Below are positions 40,092-50,559 of a DNA stretch of 64,000 bases, piece after piece. The translations under genes and the position numbers were made by a program. Each line of letters begins with the position of its first letter. The stretch's first letter is position 1. The DNA comes from Candidatus Melainabacteria bacterium 17Bon1m (lineage in GTDB: Bacteria; Cyanobacteriota; Vampirovibrionia; Obscuribacterales; Obscuribacteraceae): contig JAVLKG010000006.1 in assembly GCA_032128875.1 (NCBI GenBank), forward strand, positions 288,001-352,000, written 5' to 3'. Under the pieces are notes generated by a model. It saw only the letters and a program-made list of their open reading frames with translations, had not been told where the DNA came from and did not search any database.

Positions 40092-40670
40092 GTGAGCTGC
40101 TTGGCTGAACAAGTTCAGAGAATAAGCGAAGAAGAGGCGCTTGCTGAAAGCAAGAGGGTGCTTCTCTTTGGGTTGCGATCAGAACTGGAAGCAGAAGAAA
40201 GCGTTCTCTGGTCGGAGCTAATGAGCCCTGACGTGCGACGATTGAAGCTTGTAAGGGGGATTGCGCTCGGTGCAATGGGAGTGCTTTTCATTTTGACGAG
40301 TACGCTGTCGTTGACAGGTCCAGAACCGACAGCTCTGAATGTTTTGATCGAAATTGTATTTGCTTTTTTCGCAATCAGGTTTGCTACTAAATTTCTTGAC
40401 CAGAGTGGATTCAGTTTACACCCGAGAATTGCGGTCCTGACAAACATGCGCGCTATAGAATGCGATAGCACCGGTGCGCAAACAATTGTTTGGTATACCG
40501 ATTCCAATTTTGGAAACGTACAGGCGAATCAGACAAGATTAGACTTGGGAGACTTGCTGTTCGCGAAAGACGATGAAGGCCGGATGTTTGGCTTCAAGGA
40601 CGTACCAAACGCTGCTGTTGGCGCGGAAATTCTATTCCGTGCGCAGGCCAAAGTCCGCGCAAGAAAGTAG
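40092..40670 (+). CDS. hypothetical membrane protein
   Basis: Two TM followed by a beta-rich domain. Confidence 0.65.
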   Translation: MSCLAEQVQRISEEEALAESKRVLLFGLRSELEAEESVLWSELMSPDVRRLKLVRGIALGAMGVLFILTSTLSLTGPEPTALNVLIEIVFAFFAIRFATKFLDQSGFSLHPRIAVLTNMRAIECDSTGAQTIVWYTDSNFGNVQANQTRLDLGDLLFAKDDEGRMFGFKDVPNAAVGAEILFRAQAKVRARK

Positions 40671-40679
40671 AAGCAATGA

Positions 40680-41588
40680 TCATTTGCCGTAGAAGTCGGC
40701 TTCGATTCGTACTCTTTTGATGCCCTCGGGCAGCTGGTGTCTGAGTGCGCAGTGTTCGAGAGCGCTGCGAGCGGCATCGACAAACTGAAGACCAGACGCT
40801 TGATCTTTTGATTTGCCGAAATATACAGGCACCACTTTTATATTGGTGAATTGTCGGTCTCCATCGATTACAAATGTAGCCCGCGCAATTACTTCAACCG
40901 AATTGGCAACAGGTGACTTCCAGTTTTTCCACAATTCATCACATACAGCTACACGGAAAGCTGCTAACTGAGGTGCCATTGGTGTTCTGGCAAAGACCTT
41001 TTCTTGAAACCGCGTGTACACGCGATCTCCAAATCTGAAGTCTTTCTTCTTCTTCGTTGCTAATTCCATGGCTTCGCAAAGCTCTTCAGAAACATGTCCA
41101 TCTATGTTGACTTGATGTGCGACTCTCCACAGTGCAGCTTCTGAACCAGAAGACGACAGTTGACCTATTCTGGCAACCGCACTCGAATATGCCGTATTAA
41201 TCACGTGGTTGTAGTTGATAAACTTGCCGTCTAGCTCGTTGGAGTGAGCGTTGAGATTCGCCCATATAGCAAGCGTCGCAAGCTGGTTTGGGTCGGAGAG
41301 TCCGGCGACAATTTCTCCCGCAACTTTGTCGAGCAGCTTTTGGTGCTCTTGATACGAGATATCTTTCTCGCTTGCCTCAGCCAGTGTTACGATTTGCTGT
41401 TCAATCGCGTGCAATTTGGCGTCGCCATATACGTCCGATTCGCCAGCGGCAAAAGTTGGGGCGACGAATAACATTACACCCAGTAAAAATCCGGAAAAGC
41501 TTGTCTTGCCGTATTTTTTCAACTTCCGTACTCTCTTTGAAGGCGTCAACAATGATACCGCAAGCGGACTGCCGCTGTTTTTGGGCAT
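40680..41588 (-). CDS. hypothetical secreted protein with TonB/TolA C-terminal-like domain
   Basis: Signal peptide; WKNWKSP..ATFVIDGD..FVDAARSAL..LP pattern. Confidence 0.65.
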   Translation of the reverse strand: MPKNSGSPLAVSLLTPSKRVRKLKKYGKTSFSGFLLGVMLFVAPTFAAGESDVYGDAKLHAIEQQIVTLAEASEKDISYQEHQKLLDKVAGEIVAGLSDPNQLATLAIWANLNAHSNELDGKFINYNHVINTAYSSAVARIGQLSSSGSEAALWRVAHQVNIDGHVSEELCEAMELATKKKKDFRFGDRVYTRFQEKVFARTPMAPQLAAFRVAVCDELWKNWKSPVANSVEVIARATFVIDGDRQFTNIKVVPVYFGKSKDQASGLQFVDAARSALEHCALRHQLPEGIKRVRIEADFYGK

Positions 41589-41623
41589 AAAGGAATAGGT
41601 GCCAAATCCGCAAAAGGTCTCCT

Positions 41624-43948
41624 GTGCCGCCTGTAGGGTGCGACTTGGTCAACAGTGTATACAACGAAGCCGCTGAGGATTCGGGGGATGAAGCCCCGAA
41701 AGAGCCCGTTTACCAGGGTGAGACGACCCTTTGCCTGCCCACTGAGTCCCTGGAGGTATTGAAGCCGGGGACGGTACTGCTGGAAAAGTTCAAAATTCTA
41801 GAACTTCTTGGTCAGGGCGGAATGGGTAGCGTTTATAGGGTGGATCATCTGCTGATGAATCAGCAGTTCGCCCTCAAGTGTCTCAATAAATTCCAGACCG
41901 AAGATGCCGGGTGGCGGAGGTTTAAGAACGAAGCCAAAGCTGCCCACATGCTGGACCACGCTAATCTAATCAAAGTGTACGAGTTCGGTCTTCTTCCAGG
42001 CGGTCAGCCTTTTTTCCTCATGGAGCTGGTGGAAGGGGTGACGCTTGCAGATGAGATCGAACGGCTCGGGCATCTGCCTGTAGAGCGCGTCATCAAGATT
42101 TTTATTCAAGTTGCTTTTGCTATCGGATATGCGCACGACAATCGAGTTATTCACCGAGACCTCAAACCGAGCAATATTATGCTCGTGTCGAAGAAAGCTG
42201 AGAGTGACCCGGAAGTGGTAAAGGTTGTGGACTTTGGCATAGCGAAGCTGACCGGCGTTGATGAGTTTAACCAGCAGACTCTCACCAAGACCGGCGAAAT
42301 ATTTGGCAGTCCGCTTTACATGAGCCCCGAGCAATGCATGGGCATTGCGGTCGATCACCGCAGCGATCTTTATTCCCTGGGTTGCGTTTTATATGAAGCA
42401 TTAACAAGTGCGCCGCCGTTCATGGGCGAATCGGCGCTATCGACAATGATGAAACATCAGTCTGAATTGCAGGCATCAATGAAAGAAGCGTCATTGGGAA
42501 TGCATTTTCCTACGGCGCTAGAGAAAGTTGTTAATAAGCTGCTGGAGAAGGATCCACAAAACCGCTATCAATCCGCTGGTCAACTGGCGTCTGATCTCAT
42601 TCATGTTGAAAGAACACTGAGCAATTCCGGCACGCAGGAAATAACTGACGAGAAGATTGAGCCATCTCCGAAGCCCTTCGCGAGACCTTTGAGCAAAGAT
42701 GAGGAAGAGTTTCAACGTAAGGAGAAACATTTACTTATAGCTGGAGTTGCGGCAGTTGCGTTCACGGTTGGTGTCCTTGCTCACAACCTGACTAGCCGCT
42801 TCATTATGTTCGATCATGTCAAATCAACTACTTCCACAATGCCTGGTGTACCTGGACGTTCTGACCGCTCTATTCCAGACGAGTCGGATTCAAATTCTAG
42901 TCCCACTGCAGATGATTCAAAGCAAGATTCTAATGCTAAAGCTTCTTCTTCCGCGGCTGACAGTAGTGCCGCCGATGGTGCGGAGTCGAAATTGCCGTGG
43001 TCGTATTTCAAAAATGACAAGCGTGTTTTTGACTTTCCCGCAAAGGTTTCTTTGGGAAAAATTGTTGTGGCTAATGGTGAAACCTATGATGCCACCGGAA
43101 AGGTTGAAGTGCCGAGGGAATTGCCAATTGGTTTGATCGCCAATGATTACATTGTGAAGAACCTAAAATTGCTAGACCGCTTTAAACCTGATGAATTGGT
43201 TGTATTTGATTTCAATAAAAATAAGGAAGCTGGTCACGCCGCGTTTGAGAAAATCGGCACGATGACTAGCTTGAAAGCACTCAATCTTTACGATACTGAG
43301 TTTTTGAGTCGCGATCTGCCTATTCTCAAAAACTTGAATAAACTGCTCTATCTCAATCTCGGCTTTACTGGCGTTAGGTGTGATGAGGCGCTGAAGTTTG
43401 CGCCTAAATCTTTGAACAGCTTGGATCTCACCAGTTTGAAAGGCGGACATGAGGCGGTCAAGCTGCTGCATGGATTTCCTCATCTTCGGCACGTCTTACT
43501 GGTAAACACCAATATTGGTGATGATGATTTGAAAGAGCTAGCCAAGACTGATAGGTTGCGAATTCTGGATGTCGCCTGGAATAAAGTGACAGATGTTGGA
43601 GTGGGGTATCTGACCAAACTTAAGAACCTGGAATATCTCGATTTGTCAGAAACTGATGTTTCACCAGATGTTTGGAAGTCTGTTTCGCAAATTCAAAATC
43701 TGCGTAAAGTCAAACTGGCAAGATACAGAAGTCATCCCTGGCCGGCCGCTGCAATGCGCTATTTTGAATCTCAGATGCAAAAACATGCTCCGAATGTCGC
43801 CGTCATGTGGGTATATGAGGACAATTTGGATTTCATTACGGCGTCCACTGATTTGACCTGGTTGAATGAAGGTATGCATGCGCATACTTGCCCGTACTTA
43901 TCGGATTTTAAAGATCCGTCCATGTTGGGACCGACACCCGACGAGTAA
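41624..43948 (+). CDS. Ser/Thr protein kinase with TM and leucine-rich repeats
   Basis: GQGGMGSVY, HRDLKPSN, DFG, GSPLYMSPEQ; LxxLxLxxT repeats. Confidence 0.95.
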   Translation: MPPVGCDLVNSVYNEAAEDSGDEAPKEPVYQGETTLCLPTESLEVLKPGTVLLEKFKILELLGQGGMGSVYRVDHLLMNQQFALKCLNKFQTEDAGWRRFKNEAKAAHMLDHANLIKVYEFGLLPGGQPFFLMELVEGVTLADEIERLGHLPVERVIKIFIQVAFAIGYAHDNRVIHRDLKPSNIMLVSKKAESDPEVVKVVDFGIAKLTGVDEFNQQTLTKTGEIFGSPLYMSPEQCMGIAVDHRSDLYSLGCVLYEALTSAPPFMGESALSTMMKHQSELQASMKEASLGMHFPTALEKVVNKLLEKDPQNRYQSAGQLASDLIHVERTLSNSGTQEITDEKIEPSPKPFARPLSKDEEEFQRKEKHLLIAGVAAVAFTVGVLAHNLTSRFIMFDHVKSTTSTMPGVPGRSDRSIPDESDSNSSPTADDSKQDSNAKASSSAADSSAADGAESKLPWSYFKNDKRVFDFPAKVSLGKIVVANGETYDATGKVEVPRELPIGLIANDYIVKNLKLLDRFKPDELVVFDFNKNKEAGHAAFEKIGTMTSLKALNLYDTEFLSRDLPILKNLNKLLYLNLGFTGVRCDEALKFAPKSLNSLDLTSLKGGHEAVKLLHGFPHLRHVLLVNTNIGDDDLKELAKTDRLRILDVAWNKVTDVGVGYLTKLKNLEYLDLSETDVSPDVWKSVSQIQNLRKVKLARYRSHPWPAAAMRYFESQMQKHAPNVAVMWVYEDNLDFITASTDLTWLNEGMHAHTCPYLSDFKDPSMLGPTPDE

Positions 43949-43963
43949 GTAATGTCTTAGGAT

Positions 43964-44083
43964 GCCGGCAGGAAGCCGGAGCTCCCAGTAAAAGCCGGCG
44001 AGCCGCCGGCGCTCCCAGTAAAAGTCGGCGAGCCGCCGGCGCTCCCAGTAAAATGTCAGCTGTGAGCCGGCACTTCCAGCAAA
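43964..44083. repeat. 30-bp REP-like palindromic tandem repeat (3 units plus 1 degenerate)
   Basis: GCCGGCGAGCCGCCGGCGCTCCCAGTAAAA-like units at 43964, 43994, 44024. Confidence 0.85.
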
Positions 44084-44098
44084 TGCTCCCAGGGGTTA

Positions 44099-44503
44099 AT
44101 GAAAGAGTCTGCAGGGACATTGTTATATCGAAACGTCGATGGCAGCATCGAAGTATTGCTGGTTCATCCTTCGGGCAACTATAACAAGAAGGCGAAGTGG
44201 GGCATTCCCAAAGGATTACCAGACGAAGGTGAGAATTTTGAGCAAGCGGCGCGACGCGAAACGCTTGAAGAAACGGGAGTTGAAGCAGGGACGCTCAAGA
44301 GTTTGGGTTTTGTTGAATATACTAAGAGCCGCAAGCGCGTGCATTGTTTTTGCGGACCTGCTCCAGATGACGCCGCACCTCATTGTGCTTCGTGGGAAGT
44401 CGACAAAGCGGAGTTCGTCACACTGGATAAAGCTAAAGACATAATTCATCAAGACCAAGGCGAGTTTATTACGAGATTAGAATCGTTGTTAGGCATCGAA
44501 TGA
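44099..44503 (+). CDS. NUDIX hydrolase
   Basis: Nudix box KGLPDEGENFEQAARRETLEETG. Confidence 0.93.
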   Translation: MKESAGTLLYRNVDGSIEVLLVHPSGNYNKKAKWGIPKGLPDEGENFEQAARRETLEETGVEAGTLKSLGFVEYTKSRKRVHCFCGPAPDDAAPHCASWEVDKAEFVTLDKAKDIIHQDQGEFITRLESLLGIE

Positions 44504-44561
44504 TATTTGAAAGTCGATTGATAGCGATTGAAAAGCGATTTGAAAAACATTTTGAGGTTTT

Positions 44562-45407
44562 ATGGACTTAAAGGACTTGAGCGTCGCGGCCGAGAGATGT
44601 TTTGCAAAAATGCTGGGTGTGTACGAACTTCAGCCCGCTGAAACCACCGATCCCGAATTTTTAGAACTCGGAAAACGATATGGTATCAAGTTTGTTACTG
44701 AGGACGAGCTTGATTGCTCCGACCTTTCCTATCACAAAGCGACTGACGATCAGTATCGCCGCGCAAAGGAAATGATCATTGAGGAGTTGTCGATTTACCC
44801 AAAAGAAGCGATTGAAAAAACGAGAATTGAGCAAATTATTTTCTGCTCAAATCTAGTCGTCAGCAACAAACGCGCGGGCGGCACTTTAAAGGTCGGGCTA
44901 CATTATGTGGATACGCTTTTCATAGACTTGTCTGAGTTTCGCAATGAATTGCATGGTCGGCGAACATTGCATCACGAGCTATACCACGCAATTGATTTTC
45001 GCGACACCTGGCATGGGTACGTCGATGCGGAGTGGACACGAATACAAGGTCCGGAGTTTAGATACGAATTCGATGCTGCCGCTGAAATGCACCGGTTGAT
45101 GGGAGAAAATCCGCAAGATGTAATGCCGAGAGAATTTGATGATCCATATAACAGGATGTCTGCGTTGGAATCGGCGACTCCTGGATTTATAACTGACTAC
45201 GCGCGATATTCTGCAGCGGAGGACAAGGCTGAGGTTTTTTGTCACCTGATGGTTTCATACAAACAGGTTATGAAACGTGCTGCGGTTGATGCAATATTGA
45301 AGCGGAAAGTCGAACGCATGAAAGAGATGCTAGTTGAATACATTCCTTCTATGGATGAGAAATTTTGGAAAGAAACAATTGCGAAGCGAAAAGTAGATTT
45401 TGACTGA
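44562..45407 (+). CDS. putative zinc metallopeptidase (zincin)
   Basis: TLHHELYHAID (HExxH) and downstream GFITDYA..AEDKAEVF. Confidence 0.8.
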   Translation: MDLKDLSVAAERCFAKMLGVYELQPAETTDPEFLELGKRYGIKFVTEDELDCSDLSYHKATDDQYRRAKEMIIEELSIYPKEAIEKTRIEQIIFCSNLVVSNKRAGGTLKVGLHYVDTLFIDLSEFRNELHGRRTLHHELYHAIDFRDTWHGYVDAEWTRIQGPEFRYEFDAAAEMHRLMGENPQDVMPREFDDPYNRMSALESATPGFITDYARYSAAEDKAEVFCHLMVSYKQVMKRAAVDAILKRKVERMKEMLVEYIPSMDEKFWKETIAKRKVDFD

Positions 45408-45537
45408 GTTATCTGCCAATACTTAAGACTTCATTTGATGTGCAGTGTTTGCTCTTTGTCTTAAGGCGCCCTTAACCGGTTGAGCCTGATAATCGGAACA
45501 ACTGAGATGACAAACACAAGAAGAAGACAAATGAAGA

Positions 45538-46383
45538 ATGAAGACTATCGTACCTGAAGACTGGGAAGTGCCTCCTCAAATTCGCGCTCGATTCGGAGAC
45601 AGTGCCGGACGACAAAGAGCAATGACAGCGAATGGGCATCTGTTGCTGGTGTTGCACCAGCCGCCAGGACCAAACGACAGAGAGCGAGACGCTTGCCTTT
45701 TATGGCGCAGTCCCGAGGGCGTCTGGCAATGGACCAGCGATGGAACGACGACCAACTTGCTGAAGAGACACATTATGTCCTTCGCCTCCAAAGTAGAACA
45801 GTTGGAAAATCAATTGCAATCTGCTTGTTGCGCGGCAGATTATTTTGAATTGCTGCAAGCGATAACTCCGCTGCATCGAACCTGTCGCAACTTGCATGCG
45901 ACACTCCAAACGGCGCGAGACATGGTTGTAGACGACAAAGATGTTATAGTGGCGCGCGACGCCGCTGGAGATCTCGAGCGAGCATTCGAACTTTTGCACA
46001 ACGATGCGAAGAACGGATTGGACTTCACCGCTGCGCAGAAGGCGGAGTTGCAGTCGCAGCGCAGTTATGAGATGGCGATGTCTGCGCACAGACTCAATTT
46101 ACTTGCCGCATTGTTCTTCCCTGTAACGGCAATCAGTTCAATATTCGGCATGAATTTCTCGTCTGGTTTGGAGACCATTCCAGGGCAATGGCTTTTCTGG
46201 GGAATTCTTGGCGGAGGGCTTTTAACTGGGATTTTGCTTACGCAGGTAATTGCCAAAAAACCAGCGCCCGTCGAACAAACTGGATTCCACAGTGGGGTCA
46301 CGAAAACAAGTCTTAAACCCACACTACGATCTAAAGTACGAAAACCAACAAAGTCAAATAGACCAAAAATTCCCGCGGTATAG
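45538..46383 (+). CDS. CorA-like divalent cation transporter (short form)
   Basis: RLN..FFPVTAISSIFGMN signature with two C-terminal TM. Confidence 0.8.
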   Translation: MKTIVPEDWEVPPQIRARFGDSAGRQRAMTANGHLLLVLHQPPGPNDRERDACLLWRSPEGVWQWTSDGTTTNLLKRHIMSFASKVEQLENQLQSACCAADYFELLQAITPLHRTCRNLHATLQTARDMVVDDKDVIVARDAAGDLERAFELLHNDAKNGLDFTAAQKAELQSQRSYEMAMSAHRLNLLAALFFPVTAISSIFGMNFSSGLETIPGQWLFWGILGGGLLTGILLTQVIAKKPAPVEQTGFHSGVTKTSLKPTLRSKVRKPTKSNRPKIPAV

Positions 46384-46497
46384 ATTGCAACAAACCTATA
46401 TCAAGGGAGTTACCGGCGAAAGTTTGTGCGGCATACCTGCTGTACGAAACCGTAACCGGGTGTTGTGACGTACTTCAGTGGGCAAAGAAGGTACTTA

Positions 46498-46926
46498 ATG
46501 GAAAGGGAGTGGGCCTCGAAAAAGCTCGTCTGCAATCTAGTAAAGAAAGAAAAGTATGAGCTGGCTGGCTATGTTGTGTTAGGTGAGAAGGTCGTCTTCG
46601 AGATGTATTCGAATTGGATCTCTGATACTGAATCGAGAACCCGCGATACATCCGAAGACAATCGCAGACGAGAGTTGAGCTACATCATTGAGATGGCAAA
46701 GGAAGAGATCAGAGAACACCGCAAGTGGCAAGAGGAGGTTCTCTCCAGCTTGCCACGTAAAGACGATGCCTTGGGGTTGACGGGGCCTCTGCGGTTGGCG
46801 TTTGCTGATGCTTCTGACGCTAGAAAAGCTCTCTTGCAGGAAGTGATGGTTGCCCATGGTAAATTCATCGAGCCTGCTTGTGAGGCAGTTTGTGCGCAAG
46901 AAAGTCTACAAGCTTCAGCGTTATAG
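46498..46926 (+). CDS. hypothetical protein
   Basis: ORF with AGAAGG upstream of ATG (ORF track 46465). Confidence 0.6.
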   Translation: MEREWASKKLVCNLVKKEKYELAGYVVLGEKVVFEMYSNWISDTESRTRDTSEDNRRRELSYIIEMAKEEIREHRKWQEEVLSSLPRKDDALGLTGPLRLAFADASDARKALLQEVMVAHGKFIEPACEAVCAQESLQASAL

Positions 46927-46934
46927 TCACCTCC

Positions 46935-47930
46935 TTAACCGTTTAGAATCGGGGTTTCTGATTCATAGCTTGGCGTTTGTTCTGATGGCGGCGTTTCGTG
47001 CGGCGGTTCTACTGGTGGTGTAGCAGGCGTCTCAACGGGGGATTCTGGCGGGGTTTCTGCAGGAATTTCCGCTGGGGTCGCTGGAATTGTTTCAGCTGGA
47101 GTTTCTTGTGGAGTTTCAGATGGGGTTTCGCTGCCGGGGTTAGGATTTGGGTTTTCCGCAGGGACACGCTTCTTGAATGGGGATTCCTTGAGAGGCTCGT
47201 TAGGGTCATGTGGCGGTCGACGTTTAGCTACTTCAGCCAACGCATTTTTCATCTTCTCTATATCTCTTGCTTGTTGTTCCTCCTCCGTTGGAAATTGAAA
47301 TGGTTTAAACGCGCCTTCGCCTGCTACATGACGTTGTTTGACTTCGTCCATGGCGTGCTTGACTCGTTCGCTAATGCTTTTCTCTTTCGGCGTTTCGGTG
47401 GGCTCAAACTCAAACGGTAAGCGTGTTCTAGGCTCTGGGCTGGCTTCTGCTTCAGGGGAGCCCGGAAGGGTTTTAGGCAGTCCAGCATCGTCGCCTGGCT
47501 TTTGATAAGTCCCCCTGCCCTTTGCACGGGCATCGCCCGAGCTGGTCGGTCCAGGACCTTCTATTACTCTGGGGACACCTTCTGCTGGACCTACGGCGTA
47601 GGCGACTTTGGGACCATCGCTAGATTCGCCGCTGGCTGAAGCAACCGCATTGGGTTCTGCTGTAGGTTCTGCCTTGGGTTCTGGGCTAGAATCTGCGTTA
47701 GTTTCTGTGTTGGGTTCTGAACTGTTTTCCGCTTGTGCGAAATTGTTTTGCTGAGAGTTATCTTCTAAAACTAAGTTGCCGAGCCAATTTGGGTCGTCTA
47801 CTTCGCGGGCTCCGGACGAATACAATCTGTCGGACATGATTTCGGCAAATGCTGATTGCGACCACGCATTTGCTGTGGCAGACTCGCGAGCGGACTCGAA
47901 TTGCCCAAAGTTATTCTCAAGAACAGACAT
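46935..47930 (-). CDS. Pro/Glu-rich hypothetical protein
   Basis: Strong GAGGAGG RBS before ATG 47930; ETP repeats at C-terminus. Confidence 0.8.
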   Translation of the reverse strand: MSVLENNFGQFESARESATANAWSQSAFAEIMSDRLYSSGAREVDDPNWLGNLVLEDNSQQNNFAQAENSSEPNTETNADSSPEPKAEPTAEPNAVASASGESSDGPKVAYAVGPAEGVPRVIEGPGPTSSGDARAKGRGTYQKPGDDAGLPKTLPGSPEAEASPEPRTRLPFEFEPTETPKEKSISERVKHAMDEVKQRHVAGEGAFKPFQFPTEEEQQARDIEKMKNALAEVAKRRPPHDPNEPLKESPFKKRVPAENPNPNPGSETPSETPQETPAETIPATPAEIPAETPPESPVETPATPPVEPPHETPPSEQTPSYESETPILNG

Positions 47931-48103
47931 AAAGTGCCTCCTCAATTAGGATCGGGCGGTCGCTTGGAAGCGAACCGTCATTTGTTGATTAGTAAGGGTG
48001 AGCGGTGTCGAAGTTGACGCCTCAAATACTAGGCGCCAAATCTGATCATTTCCTGAGGAAAAGTCTGAAAAGCTAGAGTGGCACTGGCGCGAAAGGATTC
48101 AAA

Positions 48104-48137
48104 TGTTAAGCAACTTAGGCTCGATTGTTAAGCAACT
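48104..48137. promoter_or_regulatory. 12-bp direct repeat spaced 22 bp, candidate operator
   Basis: TGTTAAGCAACT at 48104 and 48126. Confidence 0.5.
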
Positions 48138-48198
48138 CATGTTCCCTGAGATGCAACCTGTAGGCGAGGCAAAGCGCTAGATCTTGATACAAAGGAAT

Positions 48199-50289
48199 CT
48201 AATCGCTTTCAGAATCAGTTTTGCCATTGAGCGTTATAGTTTCAGCACTTTCGTTCGCCTCGATTGGTAAGCAAACTTGAGATGCGTGCTGGTCACCACA
48301 GACAATTTCAATTTCATCGCTCATCTTTGCAAATGGTGGTAGCTTGAAATGATTTCTGTCTCGCCCTGCAATCGAAAGACGCACACGATGCCCTTTCTTG
48401 AATTGATATGAGATGGGAAACATCTCCAAATCTACTTCTCTAACTTCGCCTGGCGCAAACTGTTTGTAGTCGATCTTCTTGAACGTTCGCATCGGCAAAA
48501 GAGTTTTATACTTTTGGACTTGCGCATCACTGAGAGTGTTTCCGCACAGAATTTGTGCCTCGGTGACATAATTCACAGAGCCGCTTGGTGAAACGTCTTC
48601 GAGGTAGACAAATAGGCTGCAATCTTCTTTGTTTGGTTTTACAAAAACCTTCACTATCGGGTTGCCGCTTACGATCCAATTTTCTGCCAGAGGTGCGGTT
48701 TGGAAGCAGATGTTGTGCTTATCTTCACTCTTCCTATTCGAATAGGGGTCAAGCAAAACATTTCCCAACAAGCAGTCCCAACGCGAATTTTTTCCTGAGC
48801 CACTCTTCTCGTCGACTTTATAGATCGCAGTCTGCTCACTCGCTGGCGCTTTGTCATTCATTGATTTGTCTGCAGACAAATACAGCGTCTTCGGATTATT
48901 CTTCGGCGGCCAAGTGTCACTGCCATGCCACCGCTCTTCGCCCAGTGTGTAGTAATGCACTCGAGCATCATGCGCTAGAGAATTCTTGTTCAACATGTAG
49001 TGATCGAAGAATTTGAGCATCTCTCGATCGATGCGGAAGCGCGACAGTCCGCCGCGGGTGAACGGGCTGATGTTGAAGAAGTCGTGCTCCCATGGCCCCA
49101 ATATTAGCTTTGACCCAGGCGTTGTGTAATTGAGAAAACGATTGACTGCCGCACGAGAATTCGAACCTTCCAGCCAACCAGAACTCATATACATCGGCAC
49201 TTGTGCCGCATCGAATTCCTTCCAGTAATCGCTTGGGCTGCTCGGATCCACACCCAGGGCTTCGAAGTGCATGCCATATCTGTCACGCAAAAATTCTGTT
49301 GAAATGTCGCGTGTTTTGGTGGCATGTAAATCAGTTGCAGTAAATGGAGAGTCATCTCTGAAGTTCAGTTTTTCTGCAGACAGCGCTGAATTTTTCTTGT
49401 GCTCTGCAACGGCTTGCTTTAGCATTAGCTTACTTTTGTCTTCGTCAACCGGCTTCATGTGAGAAAGAAGCGGTCGAAGAAACTTCAGGTTGCGCGGCAA
49501 AATATTCGAATCAAAGTCCTTGTTCAGATTCATCCAGTCATTGATGAATGGCTGAAGCGGAAGACCGCCTGGGCGAAGCACGTCTGCGTAGATGTCGAAC
49601 GGGCTAGACAAGACCGCCGCCGCCTTCACGCCCGAATGCTTGTTCATAAGTGCAAACTCGGCCATATTGCCCGAGTACGAATGCCCGATCAATCCGATAT
49701 CACCGTTGGACCAGGGCTGCTTCACAATCCAGTCCATGATTTCTTTGCTGTCCTTGATGTCCAGGGGTGGCAACTCCCAAGGACGGTCGCCGAACGACGC
49801 ACCAGCGCCGCGCGCGTCACTTACGACCCATACATATCCGTGCTTGAGAAACTCCGAACGGTACAAGCTGAGAGGCGTCCAGTAGAGAAACTTCAAATAT
49901 GGCTTTGGTTGAATGACACGCCAATAGCGGCTCTGCTCAAACATAACCGGCAGCTTCTCGCCAGTCTTGACTGTATTCGGAATATATACATCGACGGCAA
50001 TCTTCGTGCCGTCACTCATGGTCAAATACTGGGACGTTTGCTTATAGAGGTGGCTTGTCTTGGGCGTCTTGTAGACAGTTGGTGTTCCTTTTGCTTCATC
50101 TGCCTTGCCTCTGGCCAGATTCCTGTGAGCCTCAGCGCCTGGCGGCTGTAGCAAGGACGCGCAGCCAAGGGCAACTAGAAGCTTTGCGTAAGCTTTCTTT
50201 TGATTCAACTTCCTATGATTCGGCACTGACCTGGTTTCCGATAGTCCCGAGCGTTCTGAGGCAGATGTGCCGCCACCAATGGTAGCCAT
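48199..50289 (-). CDS. CocE/NonD family hydrolase (peptidase S15), secreted
   Basis: MSDGTKIAVDVY, DARGAGASFG, QPWSNG, GHSYSG, LGPWEH, FKKGHRVRLSI. Confidence 0.93.
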   Translation of the reverse strand: MATIGGGTSASERSGLSETRSVPNHRKLNQKKAYAKLLVALGCASLLQPPGAEAHRNLARGKADEAKGTPTVYKTPKTSHLYKQTSQYLTMSDGTKIAVDVYIPNTVKTGEKLPVMFEQSRYWRVIQPKPYLKFLYWTPLSLYRSEFLKHGYVWVVSDARGAGASFGDRPWELPPLDIKDSKEIMDWIVKQPWSNGDIGLIGHSYSGNMAEFALMNKHSGVKAAAVLSSPFDIYADVLRPGGLPLQPFINDWMNLNKDFDSNILPRNLKFLRPLLSHMKPVDEDKSKLMLKQAVAEHKKNSALSAEKLNFRDDSPFTATDLHATKTRDISTEFLRDRYGMHFEALGVDPSSPSDYWKEFDAAQVPMYMSSGWLEGSNSRAAVNRFLNYTTPGSKLILGPWEHDFFNISPFTRGGLSRFRIDREMLKFFDHYMLNKNSLAHDARVHYYTLGEERWHGSDTWPPKNNPKTLYLSADKSMNDKAPASEQTAIYKVDEKSGSGKNSRWDCLLGNVLLDPYSNRKSEDKHNICFQTAPLAENWIVSGNPIVKVFVKPNKEDCSLFVYLEDVSPSGSVNYVTEAQILCGNTLSDAQVQKYKTLLPMRTFKKIDYKQFAPGEVREVDLEMFPISYQFKKGHRVRLSIAGRDRNHFKLPPFAKMSDEIEIVCGDQHASQVCLPIEANESAETITLNGKTDSESD

Positions 50290-50559
50290 ACTTTGCCACG
50301 CTCTTTATTGATTCTACTTTTGATGCGATATTTCGGCAATTAATTGGATTTATAACATCCCAAATGTCCACTATGGACTGCTTTGTGTTCCTTAACTACA
50401 TTGAGAACAGCCGAAATTAGGGGGCTGGTTACCGCCGAGAGGGGCTGGCGAATGCGGTTTTCATCACTGTTGGCGGCGAAATGCTCTATATAAGGTTGGA
50501 AACTCGTCGTAAGATGGGATTGAAGCCACGTACAGGCTGTCTGTCTTGGATTAGAAGTT

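Noticed and set aside
43964-44083. 30-bp repeats as a CRISPR array
   Set aside because: Units are contiguous with no unique spacers and no cas genes are nearby
44502-44556. Imperfect GATTGAAA-like repeats before the metallopeptidase gene
   Set aside because: Irregular period and low complexity; cannot be distinguished from slippage
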